Positions 23,076 through 32,000 of a DNA stretch of 32,000 nucleotides are shown here, one piece after another (the stretch's first letter is position 1; every line of letters begins with the position of its first letter). This DNA comes from Horticoccus luteus (GTDB taxonomy: Bacteria > Verrucomicrobiota > Verrucomicrobiia > Opitutales > Opitutaceae). The notes below the pieces were generated by a model, which worked only from the letters and a program-made list of their open reading frames with translations, was not told the DNA's origin and searched no databases. Both the position numbers and the translations under genes were made by a program. The stretch spans positions 2,100,001-2,132,000 of the forward strand of contig NZ_CP080507.1 in NCBI RefSeq assembly GCF_019464535.1, given 5' to 3'.

Positions 23076-25098
23076 CGAGCAGTTCGTCCCGCGCCCGCGT
23101 GCAGGCCACATAGAGCAACTGACGCTCGGTATCATAGATTTCCTGCAGGTCGGACCCTTCACCGGCGCTCTGGATTCGCTGCTGCAATGGCACGACATCA
23201 TCATCGCAGGCCATCACCGCTACGGCGCGAAACTCCAAGCCTTTCGCCAGGTGCATCGTGCTGATGGCAACTTGGCCGCCGGTCGTTTCGAGATGCTCAT
23301 CGAGAATCTTGCCCGAGAGTTTTGCCGACTTCACCGCCATCTCGGCCCGGCTTACCTCGGCCGGTGAACGGACAATCACACCGATTTCGTGAGGTAGAAC
23401 TCCTTTGCTGATTTGGCGGGTCAGCCATTCGCCGACGGCCGACGCTTCCCGACTTTCGCTCGGAAGAATTTGAATTTCTGCGGGTGGGCCATTGAAGACC
23501 GATATGGTATCATGGCGGGTTTCTCGGTTGCCGTCTACGTCCACCATTTCGGCGCCGAGCAAACGATCCGCCTGCTCGCGAATCTGGTGCGACGTTCGAT
23601 AATTTATCCGGAGTGTTCGGGAGCGGCCGCGAACGTCCACGCCGAGCGACTTCCACGAAAACGGCTGCTGAAAGATTCGTTGCCCAAGATCACCGGCGAA
23701 GAAAAGGGCATTGGCGCGACCTCCGCCGAGCGCAGCAAAAAACCGCAACTGCGACACGGTGATGTCCTGCGCTTCATCAACAACAGCGAAGTCAAAGGGC
23801 GGACGTTTCGTTTCGAGGGTGTGTGCGGTGAGTCGGGAAAAAACAGATGCCAGAGTCTTGAGCCCACGTTCGGTCAGCCCCGCGCGAACGCGCTCAAAGA
23901 TCGACCAGAGCAATGCACGTTGTGCTTCTGGCAATCGGGTCTTTCTGCCGAGACGCGCCACGTCACGATATGCTTCCCACGTCGATAGGTCCCACGCATC
24001 GACGACTTGCTCCCACTCGGTCAGCAGGAAACGCAGGTGGAATTTGTGGCCGGGAACTGCCGTTGCGGCTGCCTGAATCAGATTTCTCACGTCCTCGGCC
24101 GGCGCCAGTTTCACGGGACCGATCTGCGACCGATAGAGGCGCAATCCGAGCATCTCCGAGGAGTAAACGTCGATTCGTTCGGCCAGGCGCGGCTCGTTTC
24201 CGATCAAGCGCCTCAGCTTCGTCCGCAGCGCAAATGCCAGCGTGTCGGAGAAAGTAACCAGCAATACTCGCGCATCTGGATTTCTGCGCGCGAGCTGCAC
24301 TGCGCGATGGAGCGCCACGACCGTCTTTCCCGTGCCCGCCGATCCCGCAACGCGCGCCGGGCCGGAGTAGTCTCGCTCCACCAGCTCGCGCTGCTCGGGA
24401 TGCAAGAAGATGGTCCACTTCTCCCAGGGGAATTCCAAGGCGCGTTTCAGATCGTCGACATTCGTTAGCAGCCGGAAACGACGCTGGGCGTCGGGATGCT
24501 CGAACGGGCTCGACGCAGCCGGGACCGGCTCGGCTGTCCGCGGCTTCCCGCCAGTGGCAAGTTCAAGGAGCGCTTCAGCGGCCTCGCCCGGCAGGCGCTC
24601 GGCGAGCACGAGCAGACTTTCTTCATTCACCTGCCGCACGTCGTCCAACCATTCCTCGGGCACACCGTAGCCAAGAAGCTCCTCATTGGTTTTGCTCGCG
24701 AAGAGCGGCGGTTTCACGGCGGTGGACTCTTCGGCCACGACGTAGGACGGAATGATTACTTCTTTGACCGTTTCCCGTATCTCCACGAATTGGGCCGCTC
24801 CTGTCTTCGGGTGTGTTTCCAACTTGCGCCGTTCTGCCCAGGCATAGGCCTTGTCGTGGTGATCGACATAACACAGCAGAAGGCTGCCAGCCGTTCGATG
24901 GACGATCAGGCGGATGTCCGAGTTGACGCGCACCGACCAGAAGTTCTTGTCCCGCGAACCATCGACGCGATGAAACTGCATTCCCGGGTTAGCGGGGTTG
25001 AGTTGGAGATCGAACGCCGTCGTCTTCGCGGCCTTCTGCTCGTCGCCGGTAAGCCTGGCTAGACTGTCGGTGAATGTGTCGGCGATGCGAAAATCCAT
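23026..25098 (-). CDS. UvrD/Rep-type SF1 helicase with an N-terminal RelE/ParE-like domain
   Basis: 690 aa. Walker A is VAGSAGTGKTVVAL, motif II is FAVVDEAQD, and the C-terminal motifs are ISTMHLAKGLEFRAV and LLYVACTRARDELLV. The N-terminal 100 aa or so (FWSVRVNSDIRLIVHRTAGSLLLCYVDHHDKAYAWA) resembles RelE/ParE-fold toxins. Confidence 0.8.
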   Translation of the reverse strand: MDFRIADTFTDSLARLTGDEQKAAKTTAFDLQLNPANPGMQFHRVDGSRDKNFWSVRVNSDIRLIVHRTAGSLLLCYVDHHDKAYAWAERRKLETHPKTGAAQFVEIRETVKEVIIPSYVVAEESTAVKPPLFASKTNEELLGYGVPEEWLDDVRQVNEESLLVLAERLPGEAAEALLELATGGKPRTAEPVPAASSPFEHPDAQRRFRLLTNVDDLKRALEFPWEKWTIFLHPEQRELVERDYSGPARVAGSAGTGKTVVALHRAVQLARRNPDARVLLVTFSDTLAFALRTKLRRLIGNEPRLAERIDVYSSEMLGLRLYRSQIGPVKLAPAEDVRNLIQAAATAVPGHKFHLRFLLTEWEQVVDAWDLSTWEAYRDVARLGRKTRLPEAQRALLWSIFERVRAGLTERGLKTLASVFSRLTAHTLETKRPPFDFAVVDEAQDITVSQLRFFAALGGGRANALFFAGDLGQRIFQQPFSWKSLGVDVRGRSRTLRINYRTSHQIREQADRLLGAEMVDVDGNRETRHDTISVFNGPPAEIQILPSESREASAVGEWLTRQISKGVLPHEIGVIVRSPAEVSRAEMAVKSAKLSGKILDEHLETTGGQVAISTMHLAKGLEFRAVAVMACDDDVVPLQQRIQSAGEGSDLQEIYDTERQLLYVACTRARDELLVTCVDPASEFLDDLRG

Positions 25099-25101
25099 TG
25101 G

Positions 25102-25738
25102 CTACGAATCGAGGTATGAAGTCGCCCGGATGAGTATGCCGCGTCGCGCGTGGGTCCGATGCAACAGGTCTTCCACGCCTTGGGGAGTGGGCGAGCTGAT
25201 CGCTCGGTCACCAATCAGGCATGCAAGATGATCTTCGAAAAACTTCTGAGCCTTGTGCCGCTTCACGGCGTCAAGATTGCCGCCCGCGGCTACGACAGAA
25301 TTGGCCGAGACGACGAAAACTCCACGTGATTCGTAGAGGAAGACGTATGATACCGGACTGAGTTCGAGCATGCGCTCGCATTGAGAAACCAGCTCCCGCA
25401 GGTCCAACACTCCCCATCTGCGAATCAGTTTCGCCTGGGCGAGAAACCCCTTCAACCGAGTATCCAGGAACGCTGACTTCGAGCACGCCCATGAAGTCGG
25501 CACCTGCCTTCGATTCCTGCGCGTATCGGCCACGATCTGTGAGGGTTTTTGCCCTCCAAAGGATCCCGTTGGTCTCGACACCAGTCAAAGCCTGTTCGAT
25601 TCGTCCGAGCATTCTATCCGTCATCGCGGGCTCCTGCTCCACTTGCCCGTCCAGCAACGAGGTCTCTGCACCCGTTATGGCGGCACCAATAACCTTGGCT
25701 ACCTTTCGCACCGACGCTTTGTAACAGGTCGGACGCAT
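25102..25738 (-). pseudogene. Frameshifted small gene (PD-(D/E)XK-like) between mod and the helicase: a pseudogene, a sequencing error, or a recoding site
   Basis: Two overlapping ORFs occupy the slot. The 25738 ATG overlaps the mod stop (TGATG), and the 25102 stop lies 3 nt before the helicase ATG. The span is 637 nt (3n+1). Sense-looking sequence switches frame near 25450-25480 (...QESKAGADFMGVLEVS | FLDTRLKGFLAQAKLIRRWG...). Confidence 0.65.
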
Positions 25739-28476
25739 CAGACTCGAAACACCTTCATCACCTCATCGCCGAGGTGGTTGATGACTTTGACGGCGATTCG
25801 GCCTGACTTGGGTTTGTCGAAGGGGCGGCTGGTGTCGCTGTTGAGGGTGGCCCAGGCCTCGGGGTTGATCTCCGCCTTCAGGCTCGTCTTGAGCGCGTTG
25901 TAGGGATCGTTCGCGCCGAGGAAGTAGGCGTGGCGGACGAAGAAGCTTTCCTCGTTGTAGTCGGTGTCGATGAACCAGCAGGCGATGCCGTCGGCGTTGT
26001 CGCTCACGACTTCACCAGTCTGGGGCTTGAAGACATCCACGCCGTTCACTTTCACGCGCAGGCGTCCGTCCTTTTCCCTGAGCAGGGTCACGTCGGGCTC
26101 GCCGAATATGACGAAGAGGTTGCCCTTGCCGGTGTTCTTCAGGTCTTCGGCCATGTGGAGGTCCGCGTTCATGCGGGCCTTCAGCACCGGGATGCGGCCG
26201 AGCTTGTTGAACTCGGTGGTGTGCGCCTCGTAGTTGAACGCGCACGCGATGAGGACATCGAAGGCGGCGTCCCCGGCTTCTCGTGCTGCGGCAACGAGGT
26301 CGGCGCGCTGCACGGTGCCGAATTCGGGACCGATAAAAATGGCAGCGCGCTTTTCGGTGTTGCCCTCCATGTAGCGGCCCTCGCCGCAGACGAGTTGACC
26401 GGGCCAAGCCGTGAGTGATGTGAAGGCAATCCGGTCCTCCTTGTGGGCCTGCTGGACGCCGGCGGCCTTGAGGTTTTCCAGGATCATTTGCGGAAAGCTC
26501 TGCTTCGCGCCATAGTCGTCGTCGCCCTCGTTTACGGCGGGATCGATCAGATTGTCGTTCTCATCGACGCCAAGCACGCGATGAGGACTGAGACTCTCGA
26601 CGGTGAATGGACCTGCGACACGGACGGACTTCTTGTTTTCGTAAGGCTTGTCGTAGAGGTATTCGAATTCGGCCTTTGCGGCGATGCTGGCATCGATCTC
26701 TTTCTGCCGGGCAATCCGCGCGTGCCACCATTCGGCGTGGAGGTTCTTCACGGTGTCAGACCACTTGGCGTCGGCCTCGCGGGGAATTTCCCACTGCTGC
26801 CATTGCTGCTTGAGCGCGGCGTTCAGCTTTTTCCGCAGCGGTTCGAGCGTTTGCTGCCACTTGTCCCAGATGACGTCGATCTCGGCATTGTTGGCGATGG
26901 ATTTGAGGGTGATGTGCGGCACGCGCTCATAGACGAAGCCGTGGCGAAGGTTGCCGTGGACGGGCTGGCTGCTCGGCGCGGTGCGGGTGACTTCCGCTTC
27001 CTTCTGCTGGCCCTCGCGTGAATCAGCCAGCAGGTAAAAGGGATAACGTGCGCCCATGATGCGGGCACGGGCCAGCGCGAGCGCGACACGCGATGTGTCG
27101 ATGGTGATCCAGCGGCGGCCCCATTGCTCGGCGACGGTGGCCGTGGTGCCGGAGCCGCAGGTCGGGTCGAGCACGAGGTCGCCGGGGTCGGTGGCCATGA
27201 GCAGGCAGCGCTGAATGACTTTCGTGGAAGTCTGCACGACGTAAACCTTCGGGTCGGCATAACCAGAAACAATTGTGTCGTCCCACGAATTAGAAAACGT
27301 CACGACAGGATAGTCGTCTGCGTAGCGCCTGTAGCGAAGGCGTTGGCCGATACCGATCAATCTTCCCGACATTGCCAAGCGCGGCATGCCCGCGCGGGAC
27401 GCCTTCCAATGCGTGTTGGGCGGGAGATTGAACTCTTGGCCCTGATACGAGAAAGGATACGTGCCAGCTTCGCTTGCTCCCTGAGAACTCATGTCACCGG
27501 CCATGAATCGCGGGTCCTTATGCTGTGCGACCTCTCGAAGCTCGTCGGTCCCCGTGTATTGCGTTTCCAAGAGCGAAGCGCCTTTCTCAGCAAGCGGCTG
27601 TCGATACTTCAGCCGCGAAAGGTCTTTCGCATACCAGAGAGCATAGTCGTAGATGTTCTCCAAGTAGTTCGAGCCAGTGCCAGATGTTTTCTTGAACGCG
27701 ATGGAGGACACGAGATTTGTCTCCCCGAACACCTCGTCCATCACCGCCCGGACGCGGTGGACATTCTCATCGCCGATCTGGACGAAGATGGAGCCGGAAT
27801 CGGTGAGGAGGTCACGGGCGACGGTGAGGCGGTCGCGCAGGTAGGTGAGGTAGCTGTGGATGCCGTCGCGCCAGGTGTCGCGGAAGGCTTTGACCTGCTC
27901 GGGCTCGCGGGTAATGTGGCCGGCGTTGCCGTCCTTCACGTCGCGGCTGGTGGTGGACCACTGGAAGTTGCTGTTGAATTTGATGCCGTAGGGCGGATCG
28001 AAGTAGATGCACTGCACCTTGCCGCGCAGGCCCTCGCGCTCGGCGAGGCTGGCCATGACCTGGAGGGAGTCGCCGAGGATCATGCGGTTGCTCCAGTTTT
28101 GGTCGTGCTGGTAGAACTCGGTCTTGTCGGCGCCCTTCGGCAGACCATTGAAATCGTGGAAAAGGTCGAACTGGGCCTCAGGTGCGGCTTCCTGCGATTG
28201 GCGGAGAAGGTCGTCGATGAGGGCCTTCGGGTGGACCTTTTCCTGGATGTAAAGCGGCGGAGCATGAACGACGAGGTCACTCCAGTCCTGTTGGTCCTTG
28301 CCGCGCCAAACGAGTTGCGGGTCGAGATCGGGATTGCGCGGATACTTCACCTGCCGGGGCTGCTCGTGCTCCTTCTGAACGATCGATTGCTGCTCAGCGG
28401 ACGGGATGTTCTTCCGCTTCGCGTCTTCGTGAGTGAAATTTGTGACACTCTTGGGCGTGGAGGCTTTTTTTGCCAT
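25738..28476 (-). CDS. Type III-like (beta-class) N6-adenine/N4-cytosine DNA methyltransferase, Mod-like, with a long C-terminal extension
   Basis: The ATG at 28476 gives MAKKASTPKS.... Motif IV (IYFDPPYG) precedes motif I (VLDPTCGSGTTATVAEQWGRRWITID), which is the beta permutation typical of type III Mod. 912 aa, with about 350 aa beyond the catalytic core. Confidence 0.85.
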   Translation of the reverse strand: MAKKASTPKSVTNFTHEDAKRKNIPSAEQQSIVQKEHEQPRQVKYPRNPDLDPQLVWRGKDQQDWSDLVVHAPPLYIQEKVHPKALIDDLLRQSQEAAPEAQFDLFHDFNGLPKGADKTEFYQHDQNWSNRMILGDSLQVMASLAEREGLRGKVQCIYFDPPYGIKFNSNFQWSTTSRDVKDGNAGHITREPEQVKAFRDTWRDGIHSYLTYLRDRLTVARDLLTDSGSIFVQIGDENVHRVRAVMDEVFGETNLVSSIAFKKTSGTGSNYLENIYDYALWYAKDLSRLKYRQPLAEKGASLLETQYTGTDELREVAQHKDPRFMAGDMSSQGASEAGTYPFSYQGQEFNLPPNTHWKASRAGMPRLAMSGRLIGIGQRLRYRRYADDYPVVTFSNSWDDTIVSGYADPKVYVVQTSTKVIQRCLLMATDPGDLVLDPTCGSGTTATVAEQWGRRWITIDTSRVALALARARIMGARYPFYLLADSREGQQKEAEVTRTAPSSQPVHGNLRHGFVYERVPHITLKSIANNAEIDVIWDKWQQTLEPLRKKLNAALKQQWQQWEIPREADAKWSDTVKNLHAEWWHARIARQKEIDASIAAKAEFEYLYDKPYENKKSVRVAGPFTVESLSPHRVLGVDENDNLIDPAVNEGDDDYGAKQSFPQMILENLKAAGVQQAHKEDRIAFTSLTAWPGQLVCGEGRYMEGNTEKRAAIFIGPEFGTVQRADLVAAAREAGDAAFDVLIACAFNYEAHTTEFNKLGRIPVLKARMNADLHMAEDLKNTGKGNLFVIFGEPDVTLLREKDGRLRVKVNGVDVFKPQTGEVVSDNADGIACWFIDTDYNEESFFVRHAYFLGANDPYNALKTSLKAEINPEAWATLNSDTSRPFDKPKSGRIAVKVINHLGDEVMKVFRV

Positions 28477-28478
28477 GA

Positions 28479-29108
28479 CTAAGTTGTGGACGAGCCGCGC
28501 TCGACGAAAAGGTTGCAACCAACGTGACTCACCTGAAGGTGCACGCCTGAGTGGTGGGCGTGCTTGGAGAGAAATGACCACTTATGCAGATGGTCAGTAG
28601 TTTCGCCCTGCTGGTCACAGGGGAGCTCTGCATTCATTTGCTCGCGAATCTTGGCAAGTAGCCCGGCGATGTTCTTCTTTCGAACATAGGCGATCAGAAT
28701 CCCACGACCTTCGCGGCCGGTTGCATAGCGCTGTAGTAGCTGAACGAGTCCCCCAATGTGATAAACGGGGCCATTGTAGATTTTCGCCTCTCCAAGCTTC
28801 CGACGAACCGGCACGCAGTGCTCCGCTTCGATGGTCAAGTCGACGTGTCCGTTGGAATGCTTCTCTTGCGATACGGCTAGACCGGGAATCGAAAGACTTG
28901 CGCAAAGCACGGCGGAAAGTCCCTCTTCATCAAGTTCCATGTAGTTCAGCTTGTTTGTTTCGAGATGAGCAATCGCTGGACCGAGCAATGCCTCGAACGC
29001 CGCGTCAAACTCTTCGTCCGTGCTCGCGGTCAATAAGTCCAGGTATTCTGGAGCTTTGCGCCTGATGAGTTCCACAAGGCGTGCGGCGCTATCAATAGGG
29101 GGACTCAT
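28479..29108 (-). CDS. Small PD-(D/E)XK-like hypothetical protein between res and mod
   Basis: The ATG at 29108 overlaps the res stop (ATGA), and the stop lies 2 nt before the mod ATG. QEKHSNGHVDLTIEAEHCVPVRRKLGEAKIY fits an E...D...ExK nuclease-fold pattern. No family was recognised. Confidence 0.6.
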   Translation of the reverse strand: MSPPIDSAARLVELIRRKAPEYLDLLTASTDEEFDAAFEALLGPAIAHLETNKLNYMELDEEGLSAVLCASLSIPGLAVSQEKHSNGHVDLTIEAEHCVPVRRKLGEAKIYNGPVYHIGGLVQLLQRYATGREGRGILIAYVRKKNIAGLLAKIREQMNAELPCDQQGETTDHLHKWSFLSKHAHHSGVHLQVSHVGCNLFVERGSSTT

Positions 29109-32000
29109 GATGTGAAATTCACTCCCGAACGCGTCGTCCAACTGACGTTAACGCCCGAAGCCCATTGCGCCCATTCGGTGTCGGATATCTCTTTCTGGCG
29201 CCACCATTGCCGAAGCTTCGCCGCAAACTGATCAGACGCGATCACCTCATCCTGGCCGGCAGAACGAAATTCCATCTGAAGAACGCCCGCAGTGGGCGAT
29301 GCAAGGATGCCCAACGTGGCAAGCACATCGTCTAGCCGCGAGCCGCCGTGCTTAGCTAGATCAACCACGTCGCCAAGACTAATCCGACCATTGCTTCCGG
29401 CTGCTTTCTCCCAAATGGAGTTACCGATCTGGATCAATGTCGGGAGCCCACCGCAATGCGCATGAATGAACTCCACCGCAGGATTTCCGCGCGGTGACTT
29501 TGATGCACCCGCGACCGCTGCAATCATCTCTTCGAACGCATTTCTCACCTTTGCGGCAAAGTTAGCTTCGATTTGGTAGATTTCTGTGAACTCGGCGAAG
29601 GCCCAACGTCCATGTTTCCCGAGATGGTTTACACCGGGAACCCAATAGGTCTCGATCGTGGACTTCTTCTCCTTCGCGTCCTCCCGGCGGTAACCTTTGA
29701 TCTCGACTACAAGGTGCAGGAAGTCGGGGGATCCGTCGGCTCGTGGCGGTTTGCCGTCGTCGACCAGCACAACGAAGTCCGGAAGGTATTTTCGCATTTC
29801 GGAACCGAACCGATATGGCACTTCCAAACCGAGGTTGTGATTCTTCACGTAGGCCCGAACCCGAGGATGCGATTCAGCGACGCGGCAGAACTCGGCTTCC
29901 CAATCACTATCGAGCACAACCCAGTTCACATGACAGCGATCAGCGCGCGTCTCCCAGCGATCGGGGCGAGAGGTATTGAAGCGGACGTAGGAGGTCGAGC
30001 CGACGGGGTTATACGGATCGAGGATTGCCTTGATCGGCCGCTCGCCGAGGAAATGGCGGGTGATGCCAGCCGCAATGCGTTCGCACGCCATGTTGGCGAG
30101 CTGCTGATACATGAGCTGCGCGGGGTAGGTGCCGCCCTTGCAGACGAGGCAGGTGTCGAGCCACTGCTTGGCGATGCGCTTGAGTTGGCCGAACAGATGA
30201 AGTTCAGGTTCGGCCCCGGGATCACGAAATTTCGTGTAGAGGAGATGCTTGGTCAGGTTGAAGAGGACCGTCGATGGCCGCTCCTTCTCCAAGTGCTCCA
30301 GCGTCATGTTCACCGACTCGCCAATAATGCCCGAATTCTGATTGATGCTCGGGCCCACGAGGTCCGGCGTGAGTTCGAGGACTGAGTCGTCGTTGAAGTC
30401 AGCAGCGAGGTGCTCCTCGGGCAAATCAACCCGGTAGCCGACGACACGGGGGAAGCGGATTTCGAGCGCGTCACGATCGGGACGAACCGCTTTGACGACG
30501 ACTGTTTCACGCGGTGGCTGTGGTGGCGCAACAACCGGCTTGGCCGTGAAATCAAATGGGATACCGAAGATGTCGGCATACTCGACGTTGAACAGGCCCT
30601 CTTCGTTCAACTCGTAGGACTGGCGACGGAGAGCGCGACCAATAACCTGCTCGCAGAGGAGCTGAGTGCCAAAGGCGCGAATACCGAGCACGTGAGTGAC
30701 GGTGTTGGCGTCCCATCCTTCCGTGAGCATCGAGACCGACACAACACAGCGGATCTGTTCGCCGAGGGTGCCATACTTGCCCACAGTGTTCATCACCTCG
30801 CGCAAGATCTCATTGTCCGCGAGGTTTTCGCCGGCTCGGAGATCGCCGGTGCGCTCAACGATCTCGCGGCGGAACCGTTCCAACTCATCCGCGGCCATTG
30901 CGCGGAAATTATCGTCCAGGGCATCCCCTGCTTCGAGCTGCTCGCTATCGATCAACAGTGTGTTCGGACGAGCCAAGGGATTGCCGGTCACGTCATCGAA
31001 GTTACGAAAGAGCGGAGCACGTCCTTGGACGAGCGTTTGAGTGCCGTCAGGGTTCTTGCGGTAGAAGCCGCTCACAAAATCGTAAACCAGCTTTGAGATA
31101 GCTGTGTTTTGGCAGACGATGATAAAGCAGGGAGGCACCCTGATCCCGTTGGCGCGCCAAAGCTCAAAGGTCTTCTCGTAGTGTCCGTAGAGCGCTTCGA
31201 TGGCGGTTTGTAGCTTCGTGGGCAGCGAGAGTGGATCGAGTTCTTGGTCTGATCCGCGCCCTTTCTTCGGCATGTCCTTACGGATGTTCTCCCAGAGATC
31301 GCGGAACATCGGCATGTCTTTGCCGGCAATGTTCTCCGCCACGGGCACGCGTGGAAGCTTCACGATGCCGCACTCGATGGCGTCCATGAGCGAGAAGTCG
31401 CTCACGGTCCAATGGAACATCGTGCCCTCGGCATAGCCAGACCCGCGCAAGAAGAACGGCGTCGCAGAAAGGTCGACCACGCGGAGGACGCCCAACTTGC
31501 GATTTACGGCTTCGAGGCCGGAAATCCAAAGGCGTGCGGCTTCGTTGTTCTTCTCGGCTTCCTGCCTATCGTCACCCCTCAAAACCTCGTCGTCTTCCTC
31601 CGGTGGCTTTTCGCGGTAACAATGATGCGCCTCGTCGTTCAGAACCAAGATATTCTTCAGGCCCATGAGGTCGGGCATGACGCGCTGAATCATCTGCCCT
31701 TCAGTTTCGAGGGTGTTCAGTTCCTCGCCCCCGCGCCCCTGAAGGAGGGCCCGCCCGCCCGCGGAGAGTTCGACACGCTCGCGCAGTTTGAAGGCGTGAA
31801 AGTTGGTGATAACGATCTTCGCTCGCTGGAGGTCCTCCAGCATGTCTTGCGGCACCAACTCACGTTGCGCGTAGTAACTGTCGGGGTCATGCGGTTGAAG
31901 CACGCGCAATCGGTCTTTGATTGTCAGCCCAGGGGCGACGACGAGAAAGCCGCGAGAGAAGTTTCTTCTGCTCGGTCGCCGGACAGCGTTGATCGTCTGC
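29105..32000 (-). CDS. Type III restriction enzyme Res-like subunit (SF2 DEAH helicase plus C-terminal PD-ExK endonuclease), 5'-truncated by the window edge
   Basis: The frame stays open to nt 32000 (...GFLVVAPGLTIKDRLRVL...), and the track 'start' at 31909 is an internal TTG. The DEAH box is LNDEAHHCY, a helicase C-terminal motif is VSMLTEGWDANTVTHVLG, and the nuclease motif is LPDFVVLV...LHLVVEIKGY. Confidence 0.85.
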   Translation of the reverse strand, partial: QTINAVRRPSRRNFSRGFLVVAPGLTIKDRLRVLQPHDPDSYYAQRELVPQDMLEDLQRAKIVITNFHAFKLRERVELSAGGRALLQGRGGEELNTLETEGQMIQRVMPDLMGLKNILVLNDEAHHCYREKPPEEDDEVLRGDDRQEAEKNNEAARLWISGLEAVNRKLGVLRVVDLSATPFFLRGSGYAEGTMFHWTVSDFSLMDAIECGIVKLPRVPVAENIAGKDMPMFRDLWENIRKDMPKKGRGSDQELDPLSLPTKLQTAIEALYGHYEKTFELWRANGIRVPPCFIIVCQNTAISKLVYDFVSGFYRKNPDGTQTLVQGRAPLFRNFDDVTGNPLARPNTLLIDSEQLEAGDALDDNFRAMAADELERFRREIVERTGDLRAGENLADNEILREVMNTVGKYGTLGEQIRCVVSVSMLTEGWDANTVTHVLGIRAFGTQLLCEQVIGRALRRQSYELNEEGLFNVEYADIFGIPFDFTAKPVVAPPQPPRETVVVKAVRPDRDALEIRFPRVVGYRVDLPEEHLAADFNDDSVLELTPDLVGPSINQNSGIIGESVNMTLEHLEKERPSTVLFNLTKHLLYTKFRDPGAEPELHLFGQLKRIAKQWLDTCLVCKGGTYPAQLMYQQLANMACERIAAGITRHFLGERPIKAILDPYNPVGSTSYVRFNTSRPDRWETRADRCHVNWVVLDSDWEAEFCRVAESHPRVRAYVKNHNLGLEVPYRFGSEMRKYLPDFVVLVDDGKPPRADGSPDFLHLVVEIKGYRREDAKEKKSTIETYWVPGVNHLGKHGRWAFAEFTEIYQIEANFAAKVRNAFEEMIAAVAGASKSPRGNPAVEFIHAHCGGLPTLIQIGNSIWEKAAGSNGRISLGDVVDLAKHGGSRLDDVLATLGILASPTAGVLQMEFRSAGQDEVIASDQFAAKLRQWWRQKEISDTEWAQWASGVNVSWTTRSGVNFTS

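Noticed and set aside
25102-25738. Interpreting 25271..25738 and 25102..25581 as two genuine overlapping genes
   Set aside because: The protein-like part of each ORF is only the half outside the overlap. The outer boundaries are perfectly coupled to the neighbouring genes, and the total length is 3n+1. A single frameshifted gene explains this better.
27124-28482. 452-aa plus-strand ORF antisense to the methyltransferase
   Set aside because: The composition is Gly/Val/Ala/Arg-rich and lacks motifs, while the opposite strand has DPPY and the SAM-binding motif I.
1-32000. CRISPR arrays, rRNA genes and IS elements
   Set aside because: No regularly spaced identical repeats, no rRNA-like conserved stretches and no transposase-like ORFs were seen anywhere in the window.

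Overview
All calls come from reading the sequence and ORF translations by eye, with no database search. The window is high-GC and splits into two parts.

**Left part (1 to about 10,355, roughly 68% GC), metabolic:**
- The 3' end of an IlvD/Edd-family dehydratase.
- One long minus-strand operon, divergent from an AraC regulator. It encodes a HpcH-aldolase/bicupin fusion, a 2-hydroxyacid dehydrogenase, an SDR and a xylose-isomerase-like TIM-barrel enzyme.
- The same operon carries a full bacterial microcompartment shell set (1 BMC-T, 3 BMC-H, 3 BMC-P) and a class II aldolase with terminal extensions.
- This resembles the Planctomycetes/Verrucomicrobia (PVM-like) fucose/rhamnose organelle, but no aldehyde dehydrogenase is linked.

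**Right part (about 10,360 to 32,000, visibly lower GC), a mobile/defence island:**
- A tyrosine integrase, an Xis-like HTH ORF with no canonical start codon, an AEP-like primase and an SF3/D5-like helicase.
- A cluster of TGACGG repeats forming a 15-bp inverted repeat, followed by an ORF-free, extremely C-skewed stretch.
- A minus-strand gene string: RmuC, TIR-APAZ, short pAgo (a SPARTA-type short Argonaute system), an 82-aa ORF and a Sel1-repeat membrane protein. A LysR-like regulator is transcribed divergently.
- A translationally coupled five-gene type III-like restriction-modification operon: Res, a small PD-(D/E)XK-like protein, a 912-aa beta-class Mod, a frameshifted paralog-like small gene, and a UvrD-like helicase with a RelE/ParE-like N-terminus.

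No rRNA, tRNA or CRISPR array was seen. Many long alternate-frame ORFs in the track are GC-content artefacts.
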